From Setoptus koraiensis (lineage: Eukaryota; Animalia; Arthropoda), in assembly GCA_048013815.1 (NCBI GenBank), contig CM106586.1, positions 5,580,001 through 5,644,000 of the forward strand: a DNA stretch of 64,000 bases. The letters run 5' to 3'. Both the position numbers and the translations under genes were made by a program. Positions 10,618-22,954 of the stretch are shown in pieces. The notes under the pieces were generated by a model, which saw only the letters and a program-made list of their open reading frames with translations, ran no database searches and had not been told where the DNA came from. Each line of letters begins with the position of its first letter. Position 1 is the stretch's first letter.

Positions 10618-13600
10618 ATGAGCCAAGAGGGTAAAAACAGTTCACCTATCGGAAATCCGTCGCTTCCTGATACTACTAAACCTAACAGTAATGATAATTG
10701 CATCAAGCCATTGGATACTACAAATGATAGATTCGTTCCAAAACGCCCAGAGAGAGACTTCTACAGACCAGATAAGTCTAGAAAGTCACGTCAAAATGAT
10801 CGGCAAATGGGCAACGACTACTACAATGACTCTAGGAACAATACAAATCGAGTCAATCCGATGAATAATCCTATCAAGCCAATAAACTCGAATTCAGTGG
10901 GAGAATTTAGAAATCCTTATCCATACAATCGCGGACCGGACGCCTCAATCGATAGAATACACAACGGTTCTACCCATCAAGGTACGAATTCGATACTGAA
11001 TAGTAACAATAGATACAATCCGAACAAGAATAGTATGACCAACACGGGTATTCACAGGGTGCATACTATGAGTGTTGATGGCGGTAGAGAAATGCATTCG
11101 CAGCATCAACATCAACCGCAACATCAGAACTCATTCAGGAATGATCATATACAATCGATCGATGAGCATAATATGTCTTTAGGTCATGGTAAAAGTCGAA
11201 CCGAAACTAGAATTTTCAGTTCAAGATCTCTGAACCCTCAAGCAGCACACGTATCAACTGATCACTTCTCTCATAGCAACAATACATCTAATGCGCATCA
11301 CCGATCCTTCAATCATGAAAGTGAAAACAAAGCTCAGATGTCTCATCTTAACGAAGGCTCCACAACGAGTAAAAGCTGGGCTAGGCCTGATGATGTGACC
11401 CATCACCAACAAGGACGTGATATCCATGAATCTACTATTGGTCAATCAAATAAGTTGATCGACAGGCAAAACTCCCAAGCTACGGAATCAGCTAAAGATA
11501 ATAGAGGTGAAGCTCAATCACGGGTGGGGAGGCCGATCCCAGAGCATCAGACCATCGCTCCCGAATCGCATGACAGATCCAATACTCCCAATGAAGGATT
11601 AGAGAGATCTAACCAATTTATAGAGTCGAAACTTCAGTCCGAACAAAACCAAATATCGAATCAACTCAAGCAGCCTCGCGTCCTCAGAAGTGGTGCTGTG
11701 CTTGGGCCTGTGAATTCTGGTCCATCTCAACAAAACGAGAGTTCAATTGCATCTGACAAGCCGACCGAAAAAGCTTGTCCACCTGAGAGTACCTTCATGA
11801 GACAAACTACAGGTTTCGATGACCCGAGTAGAAATATGCGACGAGAGAGGAAACTTTCCGGGGACAGGGAGTATGATGATTGGAGAAGAAACCCAAGTGA
11901 CGAGCAAGACATGAGGCAGCAACAGAGAGATGCGAGTTATAATCGAAGAAATACTAACAGTATCACAAGGAACTATAGAGAGGCGAAATATAACCAAGTT
12001 GCACCGAGGTTCCGTAGAATTCAAGATCAAGGAGATCGTAACCCCCAATCTATAAGACCGTTGTCACGTAACAACGATACCCAGAACAGAAGACCTTCTC
12101 ATGGTGCAAGTCGGCCAGAACATAATTCTGACGGCTATACTAATCAACCTAATGAAAGACAATCAATAAACAATGAAGGACCGAACAACATCCTTGGACA
12201 CAAACTTAGCTCAGCAAACAATCCAGCTTCAAATTGTCAAAGTTATCTCACTCATCAAAACAAAGACATGTACCCTTCTTCGAGGGCGAGTTCTCTAGGT
12301 TCCACCGAACAATACAGAAAACAATCAATGGACATGGGAAAGGATTCAACACAAGAGCCAAAAACTATTAACTCAACTTGTGATCTGAATATCGACGATA
12401 TATTAAATGAGATAAAACATCTGCAAAACAATTTCTCTTCCCTATTAACAGCAAATGAATCTCGCGATATTTTTATGACAGTAAGCAAAGCCACAATTCT
12501 ACAAAGTTTCATCAAAATCGAGTCAGCATATGACAAGTTGATTGAACTGCCAACAAACCATCTGGGTAGCAACTCCGCCCAATTAGAGAACTTATGGATC
12601 AGAGTGCATTTTCCTATGATACAATCATACAGGGACAGGTATGAAGCTAAACAATTACCTGATTACAGGAACGAGCTTCTTGAATCTATAGATCATGTTA
12701 TTGTTTATTATGATAATTTGATCGTAAAGTTGTTTCAAAGGTATAAAGTTACCCCAGAGGATATCATATCTCACCGGCATGCAAAAAACAATGGAGTTTT
12801 ACCTAGTTCAGAGATTTCAATTAGTTATATCAACCACATTTATCAATGCCTTGGAGATCTTTGGGATATCAAGGAGAAAATAAGTAAAATTAGAACAGTG
12901 AGGTCACGTGCTTATTATCTTAAGGCGCAACTAATCGATCCTACAATTGATGCGACCTACAAGAAATTGGCTTCTTCATTTCAGTTGAGCCAACGGAAGA
13001 TTGATTCGATTTACTTTCACATGAGGTTCTATGCCTTATCAGACAAATTTAATGAAAGTGAAAACTTCTATCAACTGATTCGAAAGATTTCGCTAGATGG
13101 AAATGAAGACATGGGAGAGTTCTCGAGCGAGCAAGAACTTGACGAACTGGCTTCGACTAAGCTGAACAAGCTGTTTAATTCCAGTTTCTTACATATTCAT
13201 TCGAAGCTCTTGGATAGAGAAACTTATCCTACAGGTAAGAGCATCGATCAAATGCTCTTACAATTCAGATGCCTGCTCAAGAAGTCTCCCACCCTATTCA
13301 GCTCACAACGTCTGTTACAATTAATGAGCATGAATATGTTTGCGGCTTCGTATTGCAAATCCCAAGAGAACGATGAAAATGAAGAATTAGCAACTGAGCT
13401 TACGTTCACTATGGTTTCAATGATTATTGAGGCTTCAAACAACTGCATTCATAATTACATTCATAGCGAAGGGTTCCTAGGATCTTCATTGCCTCGAGAT
13501 TTACACGAATTTTTGCCTGCTGTGAAACTTTGGACGGACTGGTTATCGTGCCGGGTGGAATTGTCGAAACAGCGGCTTAGCTCCGAGATTGGTCTTGGCG

Positions 13601-14163
13601 ATACGAAGCCTGGACACTGGCCTGAATATCTCGCCGATCTCTACAACTTACTAGATGTTTTTACTATCGATGATTTTTGTGATACCGAAGACAAAAATAT
13701 GCCACCCGTATGGTTGCATGAGGAGATTCATTTCATAGGCTTCTATCCGCTCGACAAACTGCCTGAAAAGGTGTACCGTTGTGCGAATAATCTGAATGAA
13801 CGATCTAAAAACCACCTCCGTATTCAGAAGATTAGAACTTTCATAAGAAACTTGTCTGATAATTCTGAACACATTGATAAACCGTTTAAATTCGACGATG
13901 CAACAGGAAAATTAAGGCCAAATCTAGATTTATGCGAGAAGCATCCTTCTGTGAGAAAACCGGTAGTTAGGTCAGACGAGGTAACATTTGATTCTGTACG
14001 TAAACGGGTACTTGAAAACAAATTAGAGATTAATGCTAAAACTGATGTTGTTGATTCAACCTCATATCCGCCAGAACTCGCTGAAGAATCTTCTTGGGTT
14101 AGGATAGAAATGGAAGCCAAGGAAAAGGCCCTTGGCCGCTCTGCCATTCAGAATGAATGTTAA
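10618..14163 (+). CDS. SMG6: SMG6/EST1A-like protein with EJC-binding-type motif and EST1/14-3-3-like domain, but no C-terminal PIN domain
   Basis: Long low-complexity N-terminus with KRPERDFYRP; EST1/TPR-like region (LENLWIRVHFPMIQ, YQCLGDL, YYLKAQ, LLQLMSMNMFA, LPAVKLWTDWL, WLHEEIHFIGFYPL). The first ATG is at 10618; the frame is open from 10477. Confidence 0.7.
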   Translation: MSQEGKNSSPIGNPSLPDTTKPNSNDNCIKPLDTTNDRFVPKRPERDFYRPDKSRKSRQNDRQMGNDYYNDSRNNTNRVNPMNNPIKPINSNSVGEFRNPYPYNRGPDASIDRIHNGSTHQGTNSILNSNNRYNPNKNSMTNTGIHRVHTMSVDGGREMHSQHQHQPQHQNSFRNDHIQSIDEHNMSLGHGKSRTETRIFSSRSLNPQAAHVSTDHFSHSNNTSNAHHRSFNHESENKAQMSHLNEGSTTSKSWARPDDVTHHQQGRDIHESTIGQSNKLIDRQNSQATESAKDNRGEAQSRVGRPIPEHQTIAPESHDRSNTPNEGLERSNQFIESKLQSEQNQISNQLKQPRVLRSGAVLGPVNSGPSQQNESSIASDKPTEKACPPESTFMRQTTGFDDPSRNMRRERKLSGDREYDDWRRNPSDEQDMRQQQRDASYNRRNTNSITRNYREAKYNQVAPRFRRIQDQGDRNPQSIRPLSRNNDTQNRRPSHGASRPEHNSDGYTNQPNERQSINNEGPNNILGHKLSSANNPASNCQSYLTHQNKDMYPSSRASSLGSTEQYRKQSMDMGKDSTQEPKTINSTCDLNIDDILNEIKHLQNNFSSLLTANESRDIFMTVSKATILQSFIKIESAYDKLIELPTNHLGSNSAQLENLWIRVHFPMIQSYRDRYEAKQLPDYRNELLESIDHVIVYYDNLIVKLFQRYKVTPEDIISHRHAKNNGVLPSSEISISYINHIYQCLGDLWDIKEKISKIRTVRSRAYYLKAQLIDPTIDATYKKLASSFQLSQRKIDSIYFHMRFYALSDKFNESENFYQLIRKISLDGNEDMGEFSSEQELDELASTKLNKLFNSSFLHIHSKLLDRETYPTGKSIDQMLLQFRCLLKKSPTLFSSQRLLQLMSMNMFAASYCKSQENDENEELATELTFTMVSMIIEASNNCIHNYIHSEGFLGSSLPRDLHEFLPAVKLWTDWLSCRVELSKQRLSSEIGLGDTKPGHWPEYLADLYNLLDVFTIDDFCDTEDKNMPPVWLHEEIHFIGFYPLDKLPEKVYRCANNLNERSKNHLRIQKIRTFIRNLSDNSEHIDKPFKFDDATGKLRPNLDLCEKHPSVRKPVVRSDEVTFDSVRKRVLENKLEINAKTDVVDSTSYPPELAEESSWVRIEMEAKEKALGRSAIQNEC

Positions 14164-14650
14164 AAAAGGTGTTGAACATCTTCCCAGGATGTACAGTAAT
14201 CTTGAGAATCAGTTGTTATTTTTTCATGCCACTGTGTTTCAAAAAGCTTTCTAACGATGATAGATAGAAATTATTTACATTGAGCCAGATATGAAGTATT
14301 ATGTACATATCACTATGAATAAAACAAAATGAATTACTATCAGTAATAATAATTGTGTTTGCTTATACACACGGAGAAAATCTCTTGGGCACTATAGGAT
14401 GCAACATCAATGATGTCCACCTTAGATAGTGATGATTGCTTGTGGGCATGTGCATGAAACCGGCATGTCCAATAAGGTGTGAGTCACTATATACAGAAGA
14501 CACACTATAACATCGCCGTTTGCAAGATGGAGCGGTGGAATGCTCAATCTCACTCTGTAATCTCGTTTCTCGCACATTTAAATACACATGCTGGGTAGAG
14601 ATAGACTACTTGTTAACAGTAACCAAATTTAATCTTAATAACTATCAGCA

Positions 14651-15671
14651 ATGAAGGCCAGGACACCCAAAATCTTAGAATTTAAACGACGGAACATAGT
14701 CTATGATAAATTGAGATCAGGCACCAGCAAAAACAAGTCAGAACCTACTTCGTTCAACTCAGATGATGGCAAGGATCAAAATAACCATGAAATAATAGTT
14801 TATCCTACAAAAGAGCACAAGGACCGTATTGTGATAACAGAAAAAGATCTCAGGTGTTTGGAACCGAAAAATTTATTGAACGACAATATAGTATCATTTT
14901 ACCTCACTTATTTTTTACGAGACATTTTAGCAGATCCATTGTTGTCAGACAAGGTTCAAGTTTTTAGCACATTCTTTTTTTCTAAACTCAAAACTATTTA
15001 CTCGAAAAAACTATCCTATGATTCTATAGAGAGATGGCACAGAAACATGAATATATTCGAGAAAGACTTTCTTGTTTTACCTGTATGTGAGAATGATCAC
15101 TGGTACCTGATGATCGTTTGTTATGCCTACAACATTTTCGAGCAGAGTTTGGATAAATTTAAATCTATCGACGCCATTGACCCCCACACAACAGCACCAG
15201 TGATAATAGTATTAAATTCTTTGCCTGGTCAACTACCTCATTACACTAGACCATTGAGAGCCTTTCTGTATCACGAATGGAAAAAATTCCGTCCAAATAT
15301 CGTAGAGAAACATGCTGCTAACATGTTTGATAGAAAAGCATTAGGTGAAGTCTGGGGTAAAGTGCCAAGGCAAAATAATGAATTCGACTGTGGTATATAT
15401 TTACTCCAGAACTTCGAATGCTTCTTTATGGTAATGTTATCTTTCAAATTCTTATTTTTCAAATATAATAACCGAGACAAGATAATCACCCCACATTTTT
15501 TACTCCTCCCCCCTCCCCATCACATTTGCCTCTTTGATATAGAACCCAAAACGAGCTTATGTTCAAATAATAAAGAGGGCAAATCTGAAGAATTGGTTTG
15601 AAGAGAACGGAATCACGATTACGAGAAAAAGGGAGCAAATCAAAGAGCTAATATTAAGCTGTAAAAAATGA
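14651..15671 (+). CDS. SENP6/7-type SUMO protease, catalytic domain only; exons 14651-15430 and 15543-15671
   Basis: DLRCLEPKNLLNDNIVSFYL, FSTFFFSKL, NIFEKDFLVLPV, NDHWYL, PRQNNEFDCGIYLLQ. A phase-0 GT-AG intron (15431-15542) restores the C-terminal NPK...NWF...KREQIKELI. Confidence 0.85.
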
Positions 15672-15710
15672 TATAGACACGGAAAGCTACAAGAATTTGA
15701 ATATCTCTAT

Positions 15711-16967
15711 TCAACAAATAGCTCTAGCAAATTTATTCCTTACTAGGAAGTTGCCTACGACATCAGCGACTTGTTGTGGAACATCTTCATGGACAGCATG
15801 ACCACATTTGGGTAATACGCGCATCATAAATTTACCCTGCATTTGTCCTATGGTCAGTTCCTTATCAAGGCGATCAATACCAGCGAGAAGTAAGAGCTTC
15901 CCTTGGACAGGGGCAGACAATAGCTGAGAAGACAAACCTTCGAACCATCCTTTCCAGAACGGTTGTGTACTCATTAAATTCGTACGCCAAGTGTATCCCG
16001 TTGTTGTTATGTTTAACTGTTTCTCAGGCCGCTTAAATGAATGATCATTGTCTCCACTTTGATGGTGGCTTTGCTCACTAGTATGTTCAGAATCTTCATC
16101 TTCCTCCTCAATATGTCTGCTTTCCCTCAATACTGATGGTGCAGGACAGATCCTCGAGTGGGGTAGGGAAGGACAGTTGAGTATTCTTCTGGCTAGTTGC
16201 TGCTTGTCCGGAGGCATATAAAATTCTTGATTTGGTTGTTCGTCAAAAGATTCGGGTTCGTCGCTAGCAATGATTTTGTCAACGTCAAGAATTGCTAAAC
16301 GATTTTCAGAATTTACCAAATTCCCAGGCATAGAAACTCTAGCGGCCTCTGGATTTTTAGTCATACCGGACCTGATACTCCACTCAATAGCGTTCGTAAG
16401 GCTATGAAATTTAGTAGGTCTCGAATTAAGTACAGATTGCATACCATGAAGAGCGTCGATTGCAGTACCTTCAACAACATCGATAACAACAAAACCAATG
16501 AGAGATGGCAGAATATCCTCACATCTTGCGGCACATCTGACTGCGACCGCTCCTCCCATACTGTGTCCAATTATTACCTGGGGTGGTATCATTTCAAAGC
16601 CGTACTGTTCATGAACTTTATTTGCAACATTAGCAACGTCATCGACCAGATTTTGTATTGATAATTCAGTGTCGTTTGATGTGGTAGTAAAACCATGACC
16701 TCTTTGATCGATGGCCATTATTCTGCAATGACAATGTTCCTTAATATGAGTCGTAAATAAGGACCATGTTAATCCTGAGTAACCACCACCATGTAATAGT
16801 ATAAGAGTGGGCTTGTCTCCGACGTCTACTTTACATTTCGAAAAATTAGACAGATATACTCTGAATGAATCTGTTGAATTCGTTTTAACGTCTACAGCCT
16901 CATCGAAGTAATTGGTCCATGGCAATGGCTTATAGTCACGTCGCGGTTGTTGTGGTTGTCTGAGCAT
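15711..16967 (-). CDS. PPME1: Protein phosphatase methylesterase 1, single exon
   Basis: LLHGGGYSGLTW, GHSMGG nucleophile, DVVEGTA, LLAGIDRLDKELTIGQMQGKF, GHAVHED. Confidence 0.95.
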   Translation of the reverse strand: MLRQPQQPRRDYKPLPWTNYFDEAVDVKTNSTDSFRVYLSNFSKCKVDVGDKPTLILLHGGGYSGLTWSLFTTHIKEHCHCRIMAIDQRGHGFTTTSNDTELSIQNLVDDVANVANKVHEQYGFEMIPPQVIIGHSMGGAVAVRCAARCEDILPSLIGFVVIDVVEGTAIDALHGMQSVLNSRPTKFHSLTNAIEWSIRSGMTKNPEAARVSMPGNLVNSENRLAILDVDKIIASDEPESFDEQPNQEFYMPPDKQQLARRILNCPSLPHSRICPAPSVLRESRHIEEEDEDSEHTSEQSHHQSGDNDHSFKRPEKQLNITTTGYTWRTNLMSTQPFWKGWFEGLSSQLLSAPVQGKLLLLAGIDRLDKELTIGQMQGKFMMRVLPKCGHAVHEDVPQQVADVVGNFLVRNKFARAIC

Positions 16968-17191
16968 TGTGTTAGAGATGTACTAAACCAAAGAGCTTGA
17001 CATATTGTTAATGAGTACCAGTGTTTCAATAGTGAAATATGATTGTTATATTACTGTAGGAGAGAGGAAAACATTCATCTAGAATTCTCTGATACGCAAA
17101 TAAATACGACTGGTGCGCCTCTTGCGGAATTACCAGGCACTGATGTTTGCAATGTTTAAAAGCAGCCTTGTGAGTAAGAGGTAGAGATGCG

Positions 17192-17458
17192 CGATCCGAT
17201 CCGAATCCGCGGATTATTGTGGGAATATGAACTGTACCCAGTAAACACTGAATGTTTGTAACAGCTCAGCGAGCTGGCCGATCGGTAAATTTTGCGAGTT
17301 CCAACAATTATCCGTAAAAAATCCGTCCGCGGCTGACTCGGATCGGACTCGGCTCGCCAAATTTAAGCGCGGATTATGTACGGACGGATGGGAAATTTTA
17401 GAAAAAATCACGGATATCCATGGCTATCCGTGAATACTGGCGAATATCCATGGATTAT
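17192..17458. mobile_element. Possible non-autonomous DNA-transposon remnant rich in ATCCG/CGGAT motifs
   Basis: Many ATCCG/CGGAT/CCGCGG motifs and an imperfect inverted repeat (17192-17212 vs 17327-17346). No target-site duplication identified. Confidence 0.3.
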
Positions 17459-17474
17459 GTTAGCGTCGAACCTC

Positions 17475-17531
17475 GCAGCAACTAGCCAGAAGAATACTCA
17501 ACTGTCCTTCTTTACCCCACTCGAGGATCTG
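17475..17531 (+). pseudogene. Inverted 57-nt duplicate of PPME1 coding sequence
   Basis: Equals the reverse complement of 16147-16203 with 2 mismatches (encodes QQLARRILNCPS.PHSRI). Confidence 0.9.
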
Positions 17532-20500
17532 CCCCGTTGAAAGATACCACAGCAGTTGGAGGAAGCCGCTATAAGTAAGTTTCAACTAATGACACCACTC
17601 ACTGGCTCTCTATTGTCTTGGGTCACAGGACAGTGTTGAAAATCTATTGTTAAGTTAACTGATATCAAGAGTCGCCTAATTACTTTCCTGTTGCCGTTTG
17701 TGGATTGGAAAAGTCTTGGACAAGATGTCAATGGGCTACTCACACGAGGAAGAGATCTTGCCTTCTTTTCTCATGCTGTTCAGCACTGTCTTTGTCGGAA
17801 CTCGGCAGCCAGCATTGATATTGTTAATAGAAGAAGTCATGTGCTAAGAATAGCCACTGTTGATAGAAAATAGATGAAAGATATATAATATAAATTTATG
17901 AAAAGAGTGTTGATCATCATTACAACTACAGATAACTGTAGATTGTAGATCTTATCGCATCACGATATATGCATGACATTTTGTCGATGCACACAAGAAT
18001 AAACCGCAAAAACCTTTTTAAGTGAACAAGTTGCTCCCTTTTTCCTCATTGCCACATATTTGATGGTGCAATTTGTGCAAGAAAGAAAACCTTACTGACA
18101 AAAAGATAAACACAAAATATTTGCTTTTTGTTGTAAAGATGCCGTTTATTCAATTATTAGTTGGATCCACCTTGAGCAAGATTGATGCACAATGCGGACA
18201 TCCTCAGATATGCCACTCCATCTCGTTTCATTATTGCATTGTATATTATACAATGGATGAACTTTCAGATTGTTATATATCAGAGAGGAATCCTGAGTGG
18301 ACCAGCTTATTATGTTGTCTTGATAACATCACATTGGTGGTCGTCATTGTTCATTCATTGTTTCACCACAACAAACGAGGGGCTGCATGCGATCGCTTAT
18401 TCTAGTTTATTTTTCTCCTCGGACAGCTATTAACATCAAAATAGATATACTCTATTCTCATCTGATACATAATCTGATGGCGAGACAGCGGATCTATCTA
18501 TTTGACAGAAGGAACGATAATGATACGCTACCATTAATACTCCACTCCCTCATCTAAATAGCTCAGATCGGACAATGTTCCTCTTCCATTCGCCATCGAT
18601 CAAAATCATCACGCTGATATGTTAGCCAGAGACGAACCTCCTTCAAAGTTTGTTAATAATTCATGTTGTTGCTGAATAAGTAAGTACAGTACAAGTCTTT
18701 GGAAGAGACAAATATGATGGGCTATCAACGGAAGTCGAGATGTCCCTCCATGCCTCAGAACTGACTTGTGAGGGCGCCTCTCATCATTCATGAACAATAA
18801 AATATTCTATTGCCCGTTTTTTAATGTTTCTGTCTGGTGAATGAGTAATTAACTCCAACTTCAGTATGCGCACTCAAGACGCTTGGATAGTCTGAAAGCT
18901 TTAACTAATTGCGTAATACAGCACTAATGCACCTAATCACGAATAGGATAATTTATAGCCATTAGAATCTCGTAGATCCAATTATGCACACACACATACA
19001 TTTCAATTTTCTTGTTGTAATTTTATTTTCAGCAAGCAGAGGACGCTGAAATTGGATGCTCGTTTCTATTTTTACGATTCTACACCGTGTGTAAATAATG
19101 TATCTTTTTGGATTGGATTTATTCATCAATCAACTGTGCATACTTCGTTCATTCAACTTGAACTTTTGCCATATCGAAAGATGTATGATGGTGATAGAAA
19201 CTCGAGCCTGTCAATAGGTCTCCACAATCACCACTTCCACCAAAACAATAACAACGACTACTATTACTCGAAGTAATAGTACTACCATTACTGATAATAT
19301 TTCAAATTGTTGAGCAACACTACTGTATATCGAGGTAATATTCATTCTCGATTCGTTATCATTCATTTATATCATGGAGGGCACCCGTTATCAGTGTCTG
19401 TATGATAATGACCAACGAGAACTATTGATAGCAAGATCATTAAGGAGGTTAGATGAGTATCATGATGAGAGATGTACCATACTATATATGTGACCTTACT
19501 TTTGTTTCATCTATCAACTTATTGGACCTTCTTTCTGGTGCTTTTTGAAACTAGTTGTTGTTCAATCATGATTTTATGATAATGACGACACCCCATGGCC
19601 GGCAATGATGTCCACCAGGCACACTCTCTTGGCACCATCACAACCATTATATACTACTGATGTCTGCGACCAGATAAAACTTGTTGTGCTCTTACTTAGG
19701 CCCTTTCTGGAAAGTTATATTGATCTGACTGTCCGACAAAACCTACGCTATAGTACGTTTCAGGCAAATATATACCATAAAGTATAACAACAACAAAAGA
19801 AACAAACGAAAGAAGAAGAAAGCGCATAATTATTGGGCTCATCTTTCTTTATCAAAGGTGATGATGATCATTCTTGTGTGGAACAACATCAAGTCGCTAC
19901 CAGCAACAGATTCAACTAGTTTAGAATCGGCCAAATCCAGCTGTACAACTAATCAAAAGCGTCTGCACACCTAGTGGCAGGGATCTCGTTTTTTTACCTT
20001 GCACAATTTAACTTGATACAATGAGCAGACAGTGACAAGACTTCTATTATGGGCCTGGTCGTTGTTGCAATTTGACTGTTTCAATTCCCCTCCAAGTTCG
20101 CAACTTCTCTGGATACTCTAGGTTAGTGAAATTCACCCCCCTCCCCTCCATTGAGATCCTCGTTCGGCATGATGATAGACATGAGATGTTTGTGTCCAGG
20201 TATACAATACTGTTTGTCAGGCGAGTACAATAGAACTAGTTAGCTAGTAAGAGCAACAGTAGATAGATGGAAAGATTTGGCAATCTATTTGACTGATGAT
20301 GTGAATACCAATGGAAGGCACTATTGTAACTAGTGATTGACAACGACATCGATTTTCAACATTGAATACTTAGCGAGGGCATCGTTATTATGAATTCAAC
20401 TAGATAAAAAGAGAGGGAGAGACTCAAGTCAAATGGTGTACGATAGACCATGGTCTTGATATCAGGTGTACACTAGACCAGTAATTATACAGTCAGATGG

Positions 20501-21583
20501 TGATGGTCACCGTCGCTTCTCATGAGGGCCGCCGCAACTGTTAGTAGTAGAGACAATGACGATGAGTAAGCACTTGTTGTTGCACAATTGTGCTCGTTTC
20601 ACTATCTCGTAACTTTTGCTCTCTCCAACAGTCTTGTTTATCGTCTTGTAATGGCTGGAATAGGCTGCCATAGCTTAACCTAGCCACCGCCATCAAATTA
20701 TCCAAGCTAAACAGGCTAGGGGTAGCAATAACATTGGCGACAAGTTGTATAATAATAATAATAAAGAGAAAAATGATGATGATGATTATTATCGTGTTCA
20801 GTGTAAATCAGCATACCTTACTTATTGTTAGTCACTTTTCTTCTTTGCATGAAATCAAGCAAGTATTAAGCCATCAGTGGTCTCATTGATGTTTGTGCTT
20901 GTTGTTCCTGTTGCATAACAACTTTCTTACGAACACTACTATGCTAACTGGCGACATAATGCAAGCAAACAAAAAAGATAGAAGTAACATTCATAGAGCG
21001 AAACATTGTTACACCGGACTAACTAATGAAGTATACCAGTTCAAGTTTACTAATAATAGTAATGTTGTAAATTTGGCCTTTTTCTTTCTTGGAATCTTTT
21101 CTCTACTGCTCCTATAAGAACTCAAATAATGTGATCGTGTTGCCTTCAAAACTTGTAAACAAAAAGAAAACAATAGAATCAAAGCAGAGATTCTCTGGCT
21201 GAAACAACTAGCAAAGACGAATTCTGTGTGTTACGCTTCCACCTGAGATGACAACAAAAACATCAGCAGCAAGAAGTTGTTGATGCTTTCGCTACATGTA
21301 TGAGTAATGGTTTGTTGAGATCTGCGACATGGCTCAACACGGTAAATAGTGGTGCTAACAAGTTGTTGTTGTCGATTCACTGTATGTTAGTTACACTTGG
21401 CCAGGAGTAACTATCATGAGGTAGTTGCAAGCTGCAACCAAGTTAAAATAGCAACTATAATCGTGTGAACTATGATACATGTGAATAATCATGGCGAGCT
21501 TCGAATGTACGATGGAAAAAGTCACAGCCTTTCCATACAAGGGAGTGTGACTCGAAGTGCTGTCATGCTCGCTAATTTCATTC

Positions 21584-21585
<2 letters not shown>

Positions 21586-21640
<55 letters not shown>
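21586..21640. repeat. (CT)n microsatellite
   Basis: Perfect dinucleotide run. Confidence 0.95.
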
Positions 21641-21642
<2 letters not shown>

Positions 21643-22919
21643 ATACTAAACTCTAGCTACCTTTCTCTCCCATCATGTTTTACATTTGCATCGAAAGAAT
21701 TTTCAGTATATATAGCCTAGTTATAGTGCCACAAGTGTGTTCGTGTGTCTCGGTTAGCAAGTGGCGATCATGATAAATGTTTGTAACTATTCTCGCGATT
21801 ACATTCAATTGGCAGGACCATATTTGGAATATCTGTGTGGATGCAAATCATACGAGTCCAGCGGTGATGGTGCTAAATTGTTGCAACAAAACTGCCGTAC
21901 TTCGTTGCAGCCATTCTAATGTGGTGATTGGCACTGAGCTTGAGAGTCCATGCAGCCACCACTGTTACCGTGATTATAATTATGATTACGACCATCTGAT
22001 GATGATCATGATCATCATGTTTTTTTTTGCGAAATGTAGAATCATTCTAGAGTCGCCGAACGTGATTGAATATGAGAGAGTTGGTGGTAAGTTGACGGAC
22101 TAGTCATGTATAGTAGATGGACAAACTTGTGCTTTACAAAATTAAAATCATCATCTATTAGACAGAAATAGCCTTATGGAGTGGTCTCAGTCACTTTTGG
22201 GCGATACGGAATTGAAGGCACTCTTTATCGACATTACATGCGACAAAATAGGTACAATGGCTGTATCCAACAGACGGATTTTGCTGTTGCTATTGTTGGT
22301 ACACCGTATACTTCATGTCATCATACGAATCTACTGGGCTCGTGCTGAGTAAGTATTTATATCTGGACTAAGTGACCTAAAGCCGAGTCACAAAGTCATT
22401 GTTGCACTTTTTTGTACTGTGATTTGTACGCTGATACAGCACTATACAAGGCAATCATCAAAATAACAACTACTAGCCACATGTTGCGTTGCAATTAGAT
22501 AAACGATGAGTCAGTCACAGTTGTTGTTGTTTGCTACGTTGGTGCCAACCAGCAAAGCCCACCAACCAATGAATAGTTTACTCAACAATGTCAGCAAATA
22601 TTGACGGTAAAACAACCCACGAGCTACAATCAAGGCATAGTAGGTGGTAATGTATATTTTTTACCTATTTAGTCTGTGCTAAAGTAGCCTCGATCTAATG
22701 GTGCCACTTTATCATTTTAAAGCTCGGTGTTGCAAAAGTGTATTGGATACTTCATGCGAGTGTCAGATTAACTGAGCAAACTCAGCTTGAAATTGATATT
22801 CTTTTGACTGGGATTCTATTTACATCGAACAACAGCATCTAGATATGGGATGATAATGATGTTTACCAACCAATGTTGCGCCATGCGTTAGTTAGTTTGA
22901 TTCAAGTTCAACAAGCTAA

Positions 22920-22954
<35 letters not shown>

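Noticed and set aside
21416-21460. let-7 seed (TGAGGTAG) with a short stem
   Set aside because: The rest of the sequence does not match let-7 and there is no pre-miRNA-length hairpin.
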